From: Nemertoderma westbladi
Taxonomy: Eukaryota; Animalia; Xenacoelomorpha
Reading direction: 5' to 3'
DNA length: 64,000 nucleotides
Assembly: GCA_032718475.1 (NCBI GenBank)
Contig: JAUCBJ010001616.1
Coordinates: 1 to 64,000 of the forward strand
In this document: positions 37,076-51,300 of the stretch, piece after piece
Layout of the letters: each line of letters begins with the position of its first letter
Numbering within the stretch: position 1 is the stretch's first letter
Translations under genes and position numbers: made by a program
The notes under the pieces: model-generated
The model's database searches: none
What the model was told of the DNA's origin: nothing
The model's input: only the letters and a program-made list of their open reading frames with translations

Positions 37076-37330
37076 GTCGCAGTGTCCGAGTGGATACGGC
37101 GCCTGAACTGCTTACACAATAGTGTTTGGTGGCGCAGGTTCGAATCCGACTAAAGGCTGTAGAAATTTCGCACTGTTGTGTCCCTAGGCAAGTCACTTTA
37201 GACATTTAGTGCCTACGCCAACGCAGTGGTAAAATGGGAACCTTGCTTTACCGGGGTAATAATAATAAAAGCACTTTGAGTATGCCGAGCGTAGAAAAGC
37301 GCTACATAAATAACCGATTATTATTATTAT
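37076..37330 (+). mobile_element. tRNA(Ser/Leu-like)-derived SINE with CORE-like body and L2-type (TTA)n tail
   Basis: A box TGTCCGAGTGG, B box GGTTCGAATCC, body GTGTCCCTAGGCAAGTCACTT...GTAAAATGGGAA, tail AAAAGCGCTACATAAAT...ATTATTATTAT. Confidence 0.88.
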
Positions 37331-38049
37331 GAGAGGGATTGGAGTTGAGGGTAGTGTGAACATGTAATTTATTATTTTAACTGTATATTTTACTTGTTTT
37401 TAAATGTTATGTCAGAAGTTTAATATTTTGTTTATTACAATATTGGAGATTTGCGTATTCAAGTAAACGTGTGTACCTGTGGATCGGCACAGTGTACTTA
37501 CAGCCTGTCACCTGGACTACACTGAATTGCATTACCTCACAATAACTGCTAGGCAACGAACAGTAAACAACATAGAGTTTATCCAATTATTTAAGAGTAA
37601 TAAATTCTCTCATTGTATTCGGGCTTAGCGAGTAACAATGCATTCCTACCTCCACTATATTACCTATTCTGAAAGGCAAATGCGTCAATCGGCCAGCTTA
37701 TTCAATAAATACCTGAGTTATTAAAAATATGGATTTTACACTAATGGGCAGGAAGTTATTACCATTTAACCTAATGTTGGAAGTTATTCAAACCCGACAA
37801 ACAATAAGATCACCCCCCCCCCCCCCCCCCCCACCCCTATCCTCTACGCATACGCGCACCCACACACCATCGGCCTACGATTTACCAATATATAAATTGC
37901 CATTTATTAAGTACTCATAACCGCTTAATCCTTCTTTCAAAACAATTTTAGAGGATTTATTTTCTTATTATTTTGGCATTATTCATGATTTATGAAATAT
38001 AACAAGTTATTATTATATTACCAAAATTAATAGATATATATAACATTAG

Positions 38050-38930
38050 GTCTCAGCTGGAACTGTTAGTACGTCATGCTTGTTAATGACTTCTGCTATC
38101 TGGGGTCCTGGAAAAGGAGTACGACAGAAGACCTCCAGCTTCACATTTGTAGAGGGAAAGTATTTGTCTGTCGTCAATCAGGACCTGTAAATGAGCACAG
38201 TTGAGTACGACATTCCGAGCAGCAGAAGCAGCAGCAGCAGAGTAGCTCTATGGCAGTCCTCGCTGCTGTGTTCTTACTGATGTGAACTCCATATCCATGG
38301 AAGAATACCCAGTCATTGCCATTGCCGGTAGGATCACTTGTTCACAATCTTGTGCAATGCAAACTTCCTGGTTTGAATAGAATTGGTGGTCAGCTAATAA
38401 CTGTCGTTCGCATGCTGTTCGATATCACCGAACTTAGAAATTGTTTGGCTGACAAAGAGTTATTTAGGTCGGCATTGTTTTGTTTGTGTTTGGTGACCAA
38501 ACACATATAGTGTAGTTTGAAGGCGGGGTAGCACAGTTTGTTGGTTGAGCGCCGGTTCCAATGGTTCCTCAGGTTCCCCTAGTGGTGGGGCAATCAATCA
38601 ATACAACTTTGCTTTTTTTTTACTTTTTCGCTCTAGACTTGTTCATAATTGTTGTGGATTATGTTCTACGTATGCCCTTCCACCGTCATGTGAGGATGGT
38701 GTGATGGTAACAGCCCCACCTAAAGGCTCCATAAGTTGAGGAAATCTAACCATTTAGATCTGGGTAACCCAGATCTAGCTGATCTAGACTTTGCTGATAA
38801 TTTAGTAATACTCTGGGATTCACTAGAGGGATCCCAACGGAGATCAGCTCATTGGATGAAGCTGCTTCTAGTGTGTTGCTCTTGCTTTTTGTTATCCCCA
38901 TGAAGACCAACGTTTTGACAGTTAACTACA
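38050..38930 (+). mobile_element. Highly decayed RTE family-A-related fragments
   Basis: 38640-38930 aligns by eye with 9950-10215 (TTGTTCATAATTGT...GATCTAGACTTTGCTGAT...TTGACAGTTAACT). Confidence 0.65.
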
Positions 38931-39231
38931 GTATCACACAATAATGTGCGGATAATATCGCGGAATTAAGCGGTATGATAGGGCGTTTTGGCTAAATTTT
39001 GTCGATGTTAGTGTAGAGCAAGTGCTTTAGGTCTTATATTGAAAACTACTTATCCAATAGCAGTTTATACGTCATTAAAGCGTTCAAGAAAAAATAATGA
39101 TAATGGATAAAATATATTTAACGATAATTTGATAGAAGACTGATGATATGTACATAAATTTCGTAGGCCTATAGGTTTGCAGGTGTTTCTTAACTTTCTA
39201 TTTTTTGTCGTCTGCCTGTCTCTGTATCACA

Positions 39232-39499
39232 ATGGAAGATGAAGGAGAGGGGAAGAAAAAGATACGACATGCACGTATCCAATCAGCAAAGAGTACATCA
39301 TCCTACCACTCGAGTTGTTACCCTAGTGAACACCACCTAGCAAAGACGGCCCTTCAGCAAACTAATAGGACGTACGCCTTAGGAGAATATAGTGACGACA
39401 CAACAGCAGTTCATGATGACATATGGAAGGAGACAGTCGGTAAAGAAGGCGATGTTAAACGTCAATGGAGGGAGCAGTGGGGTTACATGGCCAATACCG
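39232..39499 (+). CDS. C2orf50: C2orf50/CIMIP5-like ciliary protein, exon 1
   Basis: ATG at 39232. VHDDIWKETV.KE...RQWREQWGYM resembles the D.LWRE...E.....W..NWSFL motif of C2orf50. G|GTAAGT donor at 39500, phase 1. Confidence 0.7.
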
Positions 39500-40332
39500 G
39501 TAAGTTACTGCTACCATGGCCATGCTGCTACCTAACAAATAATTGCATACATAGTAACAAAGGGTGAGATTATAAAACATACAATATGGTAGCGTATTAG
39601 CTAATTTTTATTCAAACCACCCATTGTACACTATCCGTTTATTTAGTGCGTGACATAAAATTTATTTTATGAAAAATAAAGACTGTTTAGACTGTTTAAA
39701 TCACATGACTGCTCGTTGCTCTCTAGTTACCATCATGTAAACTAATTAATTTCATTATTGTATTAAAATCATATCATCCATCATCCAGCTTTTTTGTAAA
39801 CTTGTTTCTAAGTCATCGTTTCGTTAAATTTTATTTTTATTTTTATTTTTTGTTTTTGTTTTTAATTTATCTTTGTTTGCATGTTCTTTAACATTTTATA
39901 TCAAATATACGAATACAAGAATATATAACAAGCCTCTGTCAGTCAGGATGTCGTGTACGACCTTTAGTTATTACATTTATTAGCTCATAAAGTTTATCTA
40001 GCACTATATTTTATAATAGTACGAGTTTTAAATGACAAGAAGGATTTTGGAGTAACTGTAGTGTAATATGTAACAAGATGTATAGTAATCATTATTTTTT
40101 CTTGAAACGTGTACTATGTCCGAAATGAGATCTTATATTGCGACACTCTGTATACTTAATATACAACTCTTACAACCTATCTAGTCTAGTAAAAAATACA
40201 AAAATATATATACACTATAGAGTGGTAGTAAATAGTTTAATCCGCGTTAGAAAATTCTATAACAACATTTGTGTGCGATTTAAAATTTCCGTAGAACACG
40301 GCACTTTTTTAATTCCGATATTTTCTCTCCAG

Positions 40333-40544
40333 GACGCCCCACTGAGGAGGAACTTGTGCAGTACAGAATACAACGGGAATCCTTGGCAACACCGTTCTCT
40401 AAGGTGTTCCCGAACACACGGTCCCAGGAGTATGGGTTCCGTACAGCGACGCCTCTCGGGTCCAGGATGATGAATCTACAACGACAATGGAGTTCTGGAT
40501 ACCTCCGTCGGAAAACGGGTCGGGATATTCAGCAGAGCTACTAG
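40333..40544 (+). CDS. C2orf50: C2orf50/CIMIP5-like protein, exon 2 (terminal)
   Basis: Acceptor TTTTCTCTCCAG. Phase matches exon 1 (G|GA). PFSKVFPNTRSQEYGFRTATPLG resembles FSD.VP....Q..G.R..TPLG. Stop TAG ends at 40544. Confidence 0.72.
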
Positions 40545-42563
40545 AAACTAAATGGGTGGGGATATACAGCAGAGCTACTAGAAACTAAATGGGTGGGGAT
40601 ATACAGCAGAGCTAGTAGAAACTAAATGGGTGGGGATATACAGCAGAGCTAGTAGAAACTAAATGGGTGGGGATATACAGCAGAGCTACTAGAAACTAAA
40701 TGGGTGGGGATTTACAGCAGAGCTACTAGAAACTAAATTGGTTGGGATATACAGCAGAGCTAGTAGAAACTAAATGGGTGGGAATATACAGCCGAGCTAG
40801 TAGAAACTAAATGGGTGGGGATATACAGCAGAGCTAGTAGAAACTAAATGGGTGGGGATATACAGCAGAGCTACTAGAAACTAAATGGGTGGGGATTTAC
40901 AGCAGAGCTACTAGAAACTAAATTGGTTGGGATATACAGCAGAGCTAGTAGAAACTAAATGGGTGGGAATATACAGCCGAGCTAGTAGAAACTAAATGGG
41001 TGGGGATATACAGCAGAGCTAGTAGAAACTAAATGGGTGGGGATATACAGCAGAGCTACTAGAAACTAAATGGGTGGGGATATACAGCAGAGCTACTAGA
41101 AACTAAATGGGTGGGGATATACAGCAGAGCTAGTAGAAACTAAATGGGTGGGGATATACAGCAGAGCTACTAGAAACTAAATTGGTTGGGATATACAGCA
41201 GAGCTAGTAGAAACAAAATGGGTGGGGATATACAGCAGAGCTAGTAGAAACTAAATGGGTGGGGATATACAGCAGAGCTACTAGAAACTAAATGGGTGGG
41301 GATATACAGCAGAGCTAGTAGAAACTAAATGGGTGGGGATATACAGCAGAGCTAGTAGAAACTAAATGGGTGGGGATATACAGAAGAGCTACTAGAAACT
41401 AAATGGGTTGGGATATACAGCAGAGCTAGTAGAAACTAAATGGGTGGGGATATACAGCAGAGCTACTAGAAACTAAATGGGTGGGGATATACAGCAGAGC
41501 TACTAGAAACTAAATGGGTGGGGATATACAGCAGAGCTAGTAGAAACTAAATGGGTGGGGATATACAGCAGAGCTAGTAGAAACTAAATGGGTGGGAATA
41601 TACAGCAGAGCTAGTAGAAACTAAATGGGTGGGGATATACAGCAGAGCTACTAGAAACTAAATTGGTTGGGATATACAGCAGAGCTAGTAGAAACTAAAT
41701 GGGTGGGAATATACAGCAGAGCTAGTAGAAACTAAATGGGTGGGGATTTACAGCAGAGCTACTAGAAACTAAATGGGTGGGGATATACAGCAGAGCTAGT
41801 AGAAACTAAATGGGTGGGGATATACAGCAGAGCTAGTAGAAACTAAATGGGTGGGGATATACAGCAGAGCTAGTAGAAACTAAATGGGTGGGGATATACA
41901 GCAGAGCTACTAGAAACTAAATGGGTGGGGATATACAGCAGAGCTACTAGAAACTAAATTGGTTGGGATATACAGCAGAGCTAGTAGAAACAAAATGGGT
42001 GGGGATATACAGCAGAGCTAGTAGAAACTAAATGGGTGGGGATATACAGAAGAGCTACTAGAAACTAAATGGGTGGGGATATACAGCAGAGCTAGTAGAA
42101 ACTAAATGGGTGGGGATATACAGCAGAGCTACTAGAAACTAAATTGGTTGGGATATACAGCAGAGCTAGTAGAAACAAAATGGGTGGGGATATACAGCAG
42201 AGCTAGTAGAAACTAAATGGGTGGGGATATACAGAAGAGCTACTAGAAACTAAATGGGTGGGGATATACAGAAGAGCTAGTAGAAACTAAATGGGTGGGG
42301 ATATACAGCAGAGCTACTAGAAACTAAATGGGTGGGGATATACAGAAGAGCTACTAGAAACTAAATGGGTGGGGATATACAGAAGAGCTACTAGAAACTA
42401 AATGGGTGGGGATATACAGAAGAGCTACTAGAAACTAAATGGGTGGGGATATACAGCAGAGCTACTAGAAACTAAATGGGTGGGGATATACAGAAGAGCT
42501 ACTAGAAACTAAATGGGTGGGGATATACAGAAGAGCTACTAGAAACTAAATGGGTGGGGATAT
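40515..42563 (+). repeat. 37-bp tandem array spanning the stop codon (GATATACAGCAGAGCTACTAGAAACTAAATGGGTGGG), about 55 copies
   Basis: The first copy encodes DIQQSY*. Confidence 0.97.
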
Positions 42564-44027
42564 GCATCCATGTAAATATTTATTTATAATCTATATTGTC
42601 CAATTAAATATAACATCTATCTGTAGGGTATTATCACAATTATGTATATTTATCTGCGATATACTTTATATATGACTGCTAGTTTCGTGAGCGGCATATT
42701 AACATGTGACATATGATGGAAATTATAATTGGTGACGGGGTGCAATAATTATGATGTTCTGTAATGCTATTACGGTCTGACGGTTAGCCACACACACTTA
42801 CCCAACTATGCTTGTTGGTAATTATTATAACATATATATATATATATGTGTTTTAATAACATTGCGCCCCCTATAGATTTAGCGTAATGATTTTGTGGTA
42901 TATAAAAAAAATATATATATTATATATATACTATATTGTTCGTATAAAGCCACAGTAGTCCAGGTGAAATTACACTGTGAGATGAGTCTCAGCCGTTGTA
43001 TAAACTATTCTCAGCCGTCGAATAAAGAGTTTCCGTAGTAAAACGTCCGACATAAAAATTTCTACAGTTGATAATATATTATAAGACATACATTTTCGGA
43101 TAATAATTAATATTATTTAATAATAATTATAAAAATGGCAGCGCTGAAGGTTTGAAAAATATCGTACCGTATAGATAAATTCGTCATTTACATTTCATTT
43201 GTGTAAGCTGATAGGGAATTACCATACCCGACCATATACACCCCCTCCTCCCCCTACCCCAAAACAGGAATTGATTTGATACTTAGATAATGGTGAGTGC
43301 CTATAGCAGCACAATGTACATTAATTATATTGATATACTTATTGAGTTTAGGAGTTTAAATTAGACCATCTGTCGGCTCTGTACACCACTATACGTTGGC
43401 ACCCTATTGGTTGATTTCTATTCAATCAATGTGACTAACATTTACATATTACAATTATTAGTTAGATAGAACAATTATTACTAGACGCCCATTAAGTTAT
43501 AATGTTTTCGTATAATATCTCGAATTATACAGAGAAACAACTTTATCGCAGAACAGATTTGTGTTTGTTAAAATATAATTATAGAATTTAATATTTTCAT
43601 TAATATTATTAAGACTACAAATGTAAATTTGTATAAATATTACTTGATGCTATTTCGGGGACATCGGTCAATCAAACCATTCATGGAGATCCGTTAAGGA
43701 TTTCTTGATTGGCCACGGCTACGCGGCTAATATTGTAGACAAATAATGCCAAATAAATTGGAACATATCAACGTTATCGGCGTTTCTGTTTAAATTTTAT
43801 TAATTTTATATTTTTGTTAAGAAATTCTACCATCTGCTCTCGCAATGTCACAGTAATTTCGCACTATCCGCCCTCAAGTTAGCTGTGTATTTGTGTATTC
43901 CTCATTGTTTTCGTGGTTAGTTGCAACTGTCAATCGTGCACAATCTATCTATCTATCTATTTATCTATCTATAATTGGCCCGGCTGCTTTTACAGTTACA
44001 TATTGAGATGCTCTGGCTTAACATTAA

Positions 44028-45970
44028 CCCTTTCCAGCCGACTGTATATTTTTGTATACACTGAATTTATTTCACTATGAATTTCATAATTTTAACTAAT
44101 TATAGTTGGTTTCATCCAATTGAGACCCTATCACACTTCCTTTACTTATAAATTACCGATTCTGATTGGATAATTGTAGTAGAAGGCTTCAATGAACGAT
44201 TTTAGATGCTGTGTTTTCAGGTATTGACATGATGACTACTACCTGGCATAGGAAAGATGGTTATTTAAATGCTTTGGCAAAGCTATATTGAGAATTTTGA
44301 TTGGGTATTCCAAATATGGATTGTCCAATGAGATAATAATACTTCCAGGATAAACTTTACAGTACAGGTAGGCTGGTAGTGTTATTGATAAACCACTGTA
44401 TACATTTGTCTACGTTAGGTTTATAAAGTTGGGGAGTAGAAGTGGTGCAGCCACAGTTGGGGAGTAGATGTGGTGCAGCACCGTTGGGGAGTAGATGTGA
44501 TTCAGCCACCGTTTGTGTGATGTGGTGCTTCCACCATTGGGGTGTGTGTAGGCCTAGATGTGGTGCTGCCACCATAGGGGAGTCGATGTTGACCATTGGG
44601 GTGTAGTTGTGGCGAAGCCACCATGGGGAGTAGATGTTGACCATAGGATAGTAGAGGTGATGCAGCCACCATTGTGGATAGATGTGGTGCAGTCGCCATT
44701 GGAGAGTAGATGTGGAACAGCCTCCATTGGGGAGTAGATGTGGCGTAGCCACCATAGGGGAGTAGATGTTGATCCTTGGGCCTTGGGAGTAGATGTGATG
44801 CAGCCACTATTGGGGAGTAGATGTGGCGAAGTCGCCATTGGGCCTTGGGAGTAGATGTGACGCAGCCACCATAGGGGAGTAGATGTGGTACATCCACCAC
44901 CGTAGGGGTGTAGATATGGTGCAGCCACCATTGGAGAGTAAATCTGGCGCACCCACCATTTGGAAGTAGATGTGGTGCAGCCACCATTAATGAGTAGATG
45001 TGGTGCAGCCACCATTGCGGAGTAGATGTGGTGCAGACACCATTGGGGAGTAGATGCTGACCATTGGTGAGTAGATGTGGTGCAGACACCATAGTGGAGT
45101 AGATGTTAACCATTGGGCCTTGGTAGTAGATGTGATTCAGCCACCATTGGGGAGTAGATGTGGTGCAGCCACCATTGATGAGTAGATGTGGTGCAGCCAC
45201 CATTGGGGAGTTGATGCTGACCATTGATGAGTAGATGTGGTGCAGCCACCACAGTGGAGTAGATGCTGAGCATTGGTGAGTAGATATGGTGTAGCCACCA
45301 TATGGAGTAAATGTTGACCATTGGGGATTAGATGTGGTGTAGCCACCATATGGAGTAGATGTTAACCATTGGGCCATGGGAGTAGATGTGATTCAGCCAC
45401 CATTGGGGAGTATATGTGGTGCAGCCACTGTTTGGGAGTAGATGTTGTACACTCACATTATACAGGCAGGGCAGATAGACATACAAACAGTTGAAAAAAG
45501 TCAGTCGAAACTGTTTTTTTCAAACTTTAACAAAACTGACAGAAAAAAACATTCACTGTATAATTCTTCCTTTTTAAGTTTTTTTGTCGCACTGTGTTGC
45601 TTTTAAACAACGTGTGTTGTGAAAACACACAAAATTATAAAATTTTGCCATTTTGGCAAATTTCACAGTATTGACAGCTTTTCATTCCGAAAAAACATAA
45701 TTTAAATTTTTTATAAGAATATACTTTCTATACGATGTATGTACAGTATGTAAGTAAGTACGTACAATCTAGAGTTCGTATACAAAAGTATACATTGGGA
45801 ACATGTTTCATATACCTAACGTATACTTTTGTATACAATAAAAAAAACAACATTGGAAATAATTTTTTGAAAATTTTTTCATCGAAAATTATTATTTGGT
45901 GTATAATTAACCCATTAACAAGACCAACCAATTTTTTTTCCTAAATTAAATTAATTCAGGCCGGAAAGGG
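44028..45970. mobile_element. Non-autonomous piggyBac-like element
   Basis: TTAA|CCCTTTCCAGCC ... GGCCGGAAAGGG|TTAA (11/12 TIR match, TTAA TSD). Confidence 0.8.
44428..45445. repeat. Degenerate about 28-bp minisatellite (CCACCATTGGGGAGTAGATGTGGTGCAG) with shorter variants
   Basis: Visible diverged units inside the piggyBac-like element. Confidence 0.9.
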
Positions 45971-45999
45971 TTAATTTGTGCCACCACCATTTAATCCAT

Positions 46000-46310
46000 A
46001 ATTTGCTTGCTGCAATGCAGTGTGCATTAAGTCTTGTCCACAAAATCGCGGCGTCACAACTCTCTATCCCCCATGACCTTCGCGAGATTATCCGCATCTT
46101 CTTCAAGGCCAGTGTCCTTTAAGATGCGTCTTAAGGAAGTCATGGGCTGTTGAGCACAAGCACCTGATTTGTGCAAGTTGTGCATAGGCTGGTCCTCACG
46201 GCTAATGCAATGTCCTGCAAAACGGAGGAGGCTTTGTTCAAGTTTCAAGTTTATGAGGACGAATGGTACACCTCCAATATTATATAGTGTCAGATTGGCA
46301 GGTGTGCATC
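46000..46310 (-). mobile_element. Decayed 3' fragment of RTE family A
   Basis: LRFAGHC.SREDQP.HNL...RRILKDTGL..DADNLAKVMGDREL. Confidence 0.85.
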
Positions 46311-48349
46311 TCTTATAGATGACAACTCTAAAATGAGCAGTTGCAGTAACTGTTGCGGATGAAATTTTTTAAATCATCTGAATTGTGAAACTTCAAGACA
46401 ATGGGACACCTTCCTTGGTGAAATCAAATCATTGATGTGATCAAATCAATTTAAAAGCATAATCACACCATTCGTTTCTACTTCAAAATGAGATACATCG
46501 ACCCATTTGAAGACGGCGTGTCCTTCAGTATTTAGTGCTGGAATCTGTTAAGAGGACTGGCTGACTGATTCTGTCCAGCCGTTCGTTGTTGCTGGATATC
46601 TAGGGCGTATTGACTACACGTCATCATCGGGGTCACAGATAAAGAGTTCAGCAGAAGGCATCTGCACCCGCAAATGGAAAGCATTGTCTGTTTTCAACTA
46701 GCTATCCACGATCTGGATATCAGACTAGTAGAGTAGCTCCTTTAACATTTGGAATCTGTGCTGCTCTATGCAGTCCTTGTTGGGCTCTAACAACACAAGA
46801 TCCTTGAAATTAAATGATACATATTATTATACCACAATGTCATGCAGGGTGTCTGTACATTAGGGTGGAGTGAAAAAAAAAATTTTCTTTATTTTTAAGG
46901 GAAGCACTATTTTTCTTATGCCAAATCGGTCTAAACTAACATTGCAAAAAACAATTTTTGATTTTGAAAAATTCTAAGCGGGCCTCACGACACTTGAAAA
47001 TGTACAATGTACAGTGTACATTGTTTTTGTTTTACATTTGGTGCTGTATGTATATTTTTATTGTGGCACCTCATTACTTAAAGCCTCGCTCTACTGAGCT
47101 ATTCCGAAACTGTAACCTACACTGCACCCGTATACAGAGATGTAGAATCTTGTTTTATAAATATAGAATCTATAACGGTAATTTTCTTAAATTAAAGTTG
47201 AGATTTCTTCTGTAAGTAGCGGCTGGTTTTTCTGTTAGTGATTGGTAAATATAACTTTTATTCCGAAAACAACTTGAATCGAATTTTACAAAATTAGAAT
47301 ATTATAGTATTATAAATAAAGAATCTATTTATATACAAGTAGATTCAAAATCTCTGTATTCTCTGGATGTGGATCTCTTTATGGTTATTATTCCAGAATA
47401 TTGCACTTTTGCCATGGGATCTTATTGACAAAACTCAGCTCGATTCTGCACCTCTGCAACTTAAAGCAAGTCGGACACTGATATCACCCGGTGAGCAGCT
47501 TGTTAATCAAATTTGCGTACTATGGCAACCTACAGGTTTGAACAAAATATATGACCTGACCAATCTATAACTTCCCTTTCCCGGTTTCAGACTTGAAAAT
47601 ATCGTCGAACATGGAAGATGTATCAGTGCGGCTCAGTTTATTATTATAGGCGGCTTTTATTCTGTGTCGACTAGCATTTGAAATTTGTACCACTGTACCC
47701 GATTGCACTGTACCCGACTGTACAGGCTGATGATAGTATGCATGAATAAGGGTGGGGTAACTACAAATAATAACAATTTAATTATTATTAACAAATAATC
47801 TATTTATGACAGATGTAGTGCGCTATTATATTTAAAATTTAATTAATGATTTATATATTTAAGTCATGGTGTTAGCTGTATATTGTTTTTCTACTGTAAG
47901 TATCAACCGAAACATAGACAAATTTTCTTATCAGCGGTATCATCAGGCAGAAGGCCTACTAACAGCGGTTATTGTACAGTTCAGTTTGTTAAAAGGAATT
48001 ATGGCTGAATCTGAGAGTTACTGAGCATGGTGCTCAATTTGTGAAATTGTATTTTTTGTACACGCTACATAATTTGAGCACTAACCACACATCTACAACG
48101 CAATATAGCACTAGTTATTCAACCCGCGGATTAAGTGAGTTCGCCTGTTCGATGTCAAAGCAGTGACATGGGAGCAATGTGGTAATGACATGCATATTAT
48201 CGACAATGTCATGATAAAACAATGACATTTCAAAGGGCGCTACATCGATAAAGGTGGTATATAGTAACGTACAAGGACACCATGTGCTGTTCTCAAACCC
48301 TCCAACAAATAGATTTTCATACATGAATATATAGCGCCACAAAGGAATG

Positions 48350-51300
48350 ATTTAAAATAAATTATTAGATTTTTTGAATATAAACTTTGAATCTTTGATT
48401 TTCTCGATTATCTTATTCTGAAAGATCGTGTCTCCAGCCCATAAAAAATCGTCTACATGGATTATAATCAGGCCACACAATTTTGCTTTAGATTGGAGGA
48501 AAAATACTGCTTGGTCGAAACAAGACTTTTGTAGGCCCAATTTTTCAAACTCGCTAACTACTTGAAGATACCACATTCTCCCTGACTCGTTTAGTCCATA
48601 TACACTGTGATTTAGTCTCCATATATTGTTGGTGTTTGCCTCTTTTGGTGGTCGGATGAATACATCTCACTCCATGGGCATCCCCTGTAGATAGGCACTT
48701 CTAATGTCCAACATGTTTAATTTCCAGCTAAATGTAGATATCAAGACCAAGCAGATCCTGAGCGAATCCTTATAGCATGTTGGTGAATCCATTCTAGAAG
48801 TTCGAATATCTTCAAAGCCCTTTGCGCAAAGTCTTGCTTTAAGAATTGCAACTCCCCCAAGTGTTTTTTCTGTTAAAACCCACTTTGTATTGATGGTATG
48901 CTATCCATTATCTGGAACTTCACTATAAGTTTTCATTTCTACCCATTTCCGTAGTTCCTCCTGCTTTGCTTGATCAAAATTTTTCGTCTTATCATTGTCT
49001 TTATTAATCAGAACTACTGTATCTTGCTATTGAAGTTCTTCATTTGGTTGGTCCACTGTGGTTACATTTTCGATGTTGTTTGCGGTGGCTATATTGTCTG
49101 ATTGGATTTGTCCTAATTCGTTATCTATGTTTTCATATTCTTTCTGATTATTGACTTCCTGTTGAACTCTCCACTCGGCAATATCGTCGCGAAAACTTTT
49201 GCTGCATTGTGTTTCATCACCCTTTTCAACGTTCATTAGATGCCAGTGTTTTCCGGTTGCCTTTCATGCTCTACCCAGAACAGTTACTAATTTCCACTCT
49301 CCTGATTCCTTCTCTCGATATTCTATATTGTCTCTTGTATGGGGAAGTTTCACTTTTCCTTTAGGAATTCCACTGGTTCCTGTTGATGATTGTTTATTAT
49401 AATTAATCGCAGGTTCGTGATCATCGACACTGGTGACTTCTTTAGATTCATTATCTTCATCACCTGAATCGACCATTACAGTGGTCTGCCGATGGTTATT
49501 ATTGGCTGAGTTTTGTTGAGTTTCACTCATTGTTTGCTTTTCTTTTATAGGAATTAAACAACATGGATGGACACGAATATATAGACCACCATGCTTTACC
49601 AAGACCAGTTTTTCATCTGTTCCCAATAATTTAGCAGGACCATTCCAGGAGGTAGAGTTTATGCGTTTATAATAAAATATACATTATCACCTGTACTGAA
49701 AATTTGGGAAGCAAACGATCTAGTTTTTCTGTTTAGAGCCCATCGTAGTTTCTCGCAACTTTCTTGCTGTATAAAGGACTCCCGAGCGCAGTGGAGAGCA
49801 GTTAAATTTTCTCTGACCATGTTGCTAATAATGTGTTCATTATTGGCAGGCAACCTATTGGTTGATGTTTGGGGAAAATTAGGGTTTCTACCGAATACCA
49901 GTATGTTCGGTGTGAATCCATAAACATTAATCAGTGAGTTTTCCTGGTGATCCGAATATACGTATCCAATACTCTAACAGTTTGTTGATTATTGTCTCCA
50001 TTAATTTATTCGTAATCGCTACAGCTTGGGCAAGTCTTGTAACATGGTCGATCACATATAGTATATATATACCTGGTCGAAAGTTTGTCAAATCCATCGC
50101 CACAGTTTAATTGAATGTTGAAGCTAAAGGGAATCCAATGGCCGGTTTTAAGGGAGGGCGTTTAAATCTTTGGCAAATCTCGCAATAATTACTGATTTCT
50201 TTGATTACACCCTCAACATCTTTATGAGAATGACCAGCCTTCACGATTAGGTCCAGCATTCTGTGTGGTGGGGGGTGTGCGAATTGTTTGTGTAGCTTGA
50301 GTATCATCTTCTTTAACTCTAGTTTATTGAGATCGGCCAGAGGGCTAGTGAAAAGTACCTGTTTAATGTTGTCAATTATCACATTGGGAGGCCTAGTCAA
50401 TGGTAGACAATAATGAACTGTAGTTTAAATGACTAAGTTGAATCGGTCCCCAAGTAACTCAAGTGTGTCTGTATTAAAATCAATCTTGCCATTGCCTCTT
50501 TTAATGGACTCTCTGGAACGGAACATCATAGTTTACTATATTTACCCCAAATGTAATCTTTTGTTACCCAGATGAATTGGGATAATTGCTTTCACTGTTG
50601 ATAAATATCCGCACCATCTCCGAATTTGAACCAGATATGACTCTCTTCAAACCTAATATCTCTCTTGTCACCACAACTTAGTGAATCATAATAACAATTA
50701 AACCAAGTTTTACCTGTTAATGTGGTCGAACAACCTGTGTCCAATATGGTGTAAATAATTGTTTCTGCCAATAAACAATCTGTTGTAATTATATGCCATT
50801 CAATGAATATAACTATGTTTGTATCTTCACTTTCCATATATCATGTCTGATAATTTTCCCCACTTCTCTGAATATTCTCTGGGCAGTTTGATTCATAATG
50901 GTAGATGAAAAGGCAAATGCTGCATTGATTGGGTCGACCTTGTTGGTCAGTCGTGTTTAATCTCGAATTATTCTTGTTTGAACCACCAAGGCACTGGTTT
51001 CTGTTAAAATTTCGGTAACCTGTATTTAAATTACCTCGCCCGTTGAATAGTCTTCGGTTAACCATGCCTCCTGCATGGGTAGTGCGTGCACCTCCTCCAT
51101 ATGAACCATAATTCCTCCCTCGGTTTGATCGTATGTCGTGATTAAATCCTCTACTTTTATTACCGTAATATAATTCATTATCATCTTGATATTCTTCCCA
51201 CATATCATTTCCTTCCCATGTCTCATTCTGGTTCTCATTGATTGTAGCAAAAATTGGCTTAACCACGACTTTATTTTTATCTGAGTTTCACTACTGCAGT

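Noticed and set aside
37076-37160. Functional tRNA gene
   Set aside because: Acceptor and anticodon stems do not pair, and it continues into a SINE body and tail.
44357-45377. Overlapping His/Pro/Trp-rich ORFs
   Set aside because: Translations of a degenerate minisatellite in several frames.
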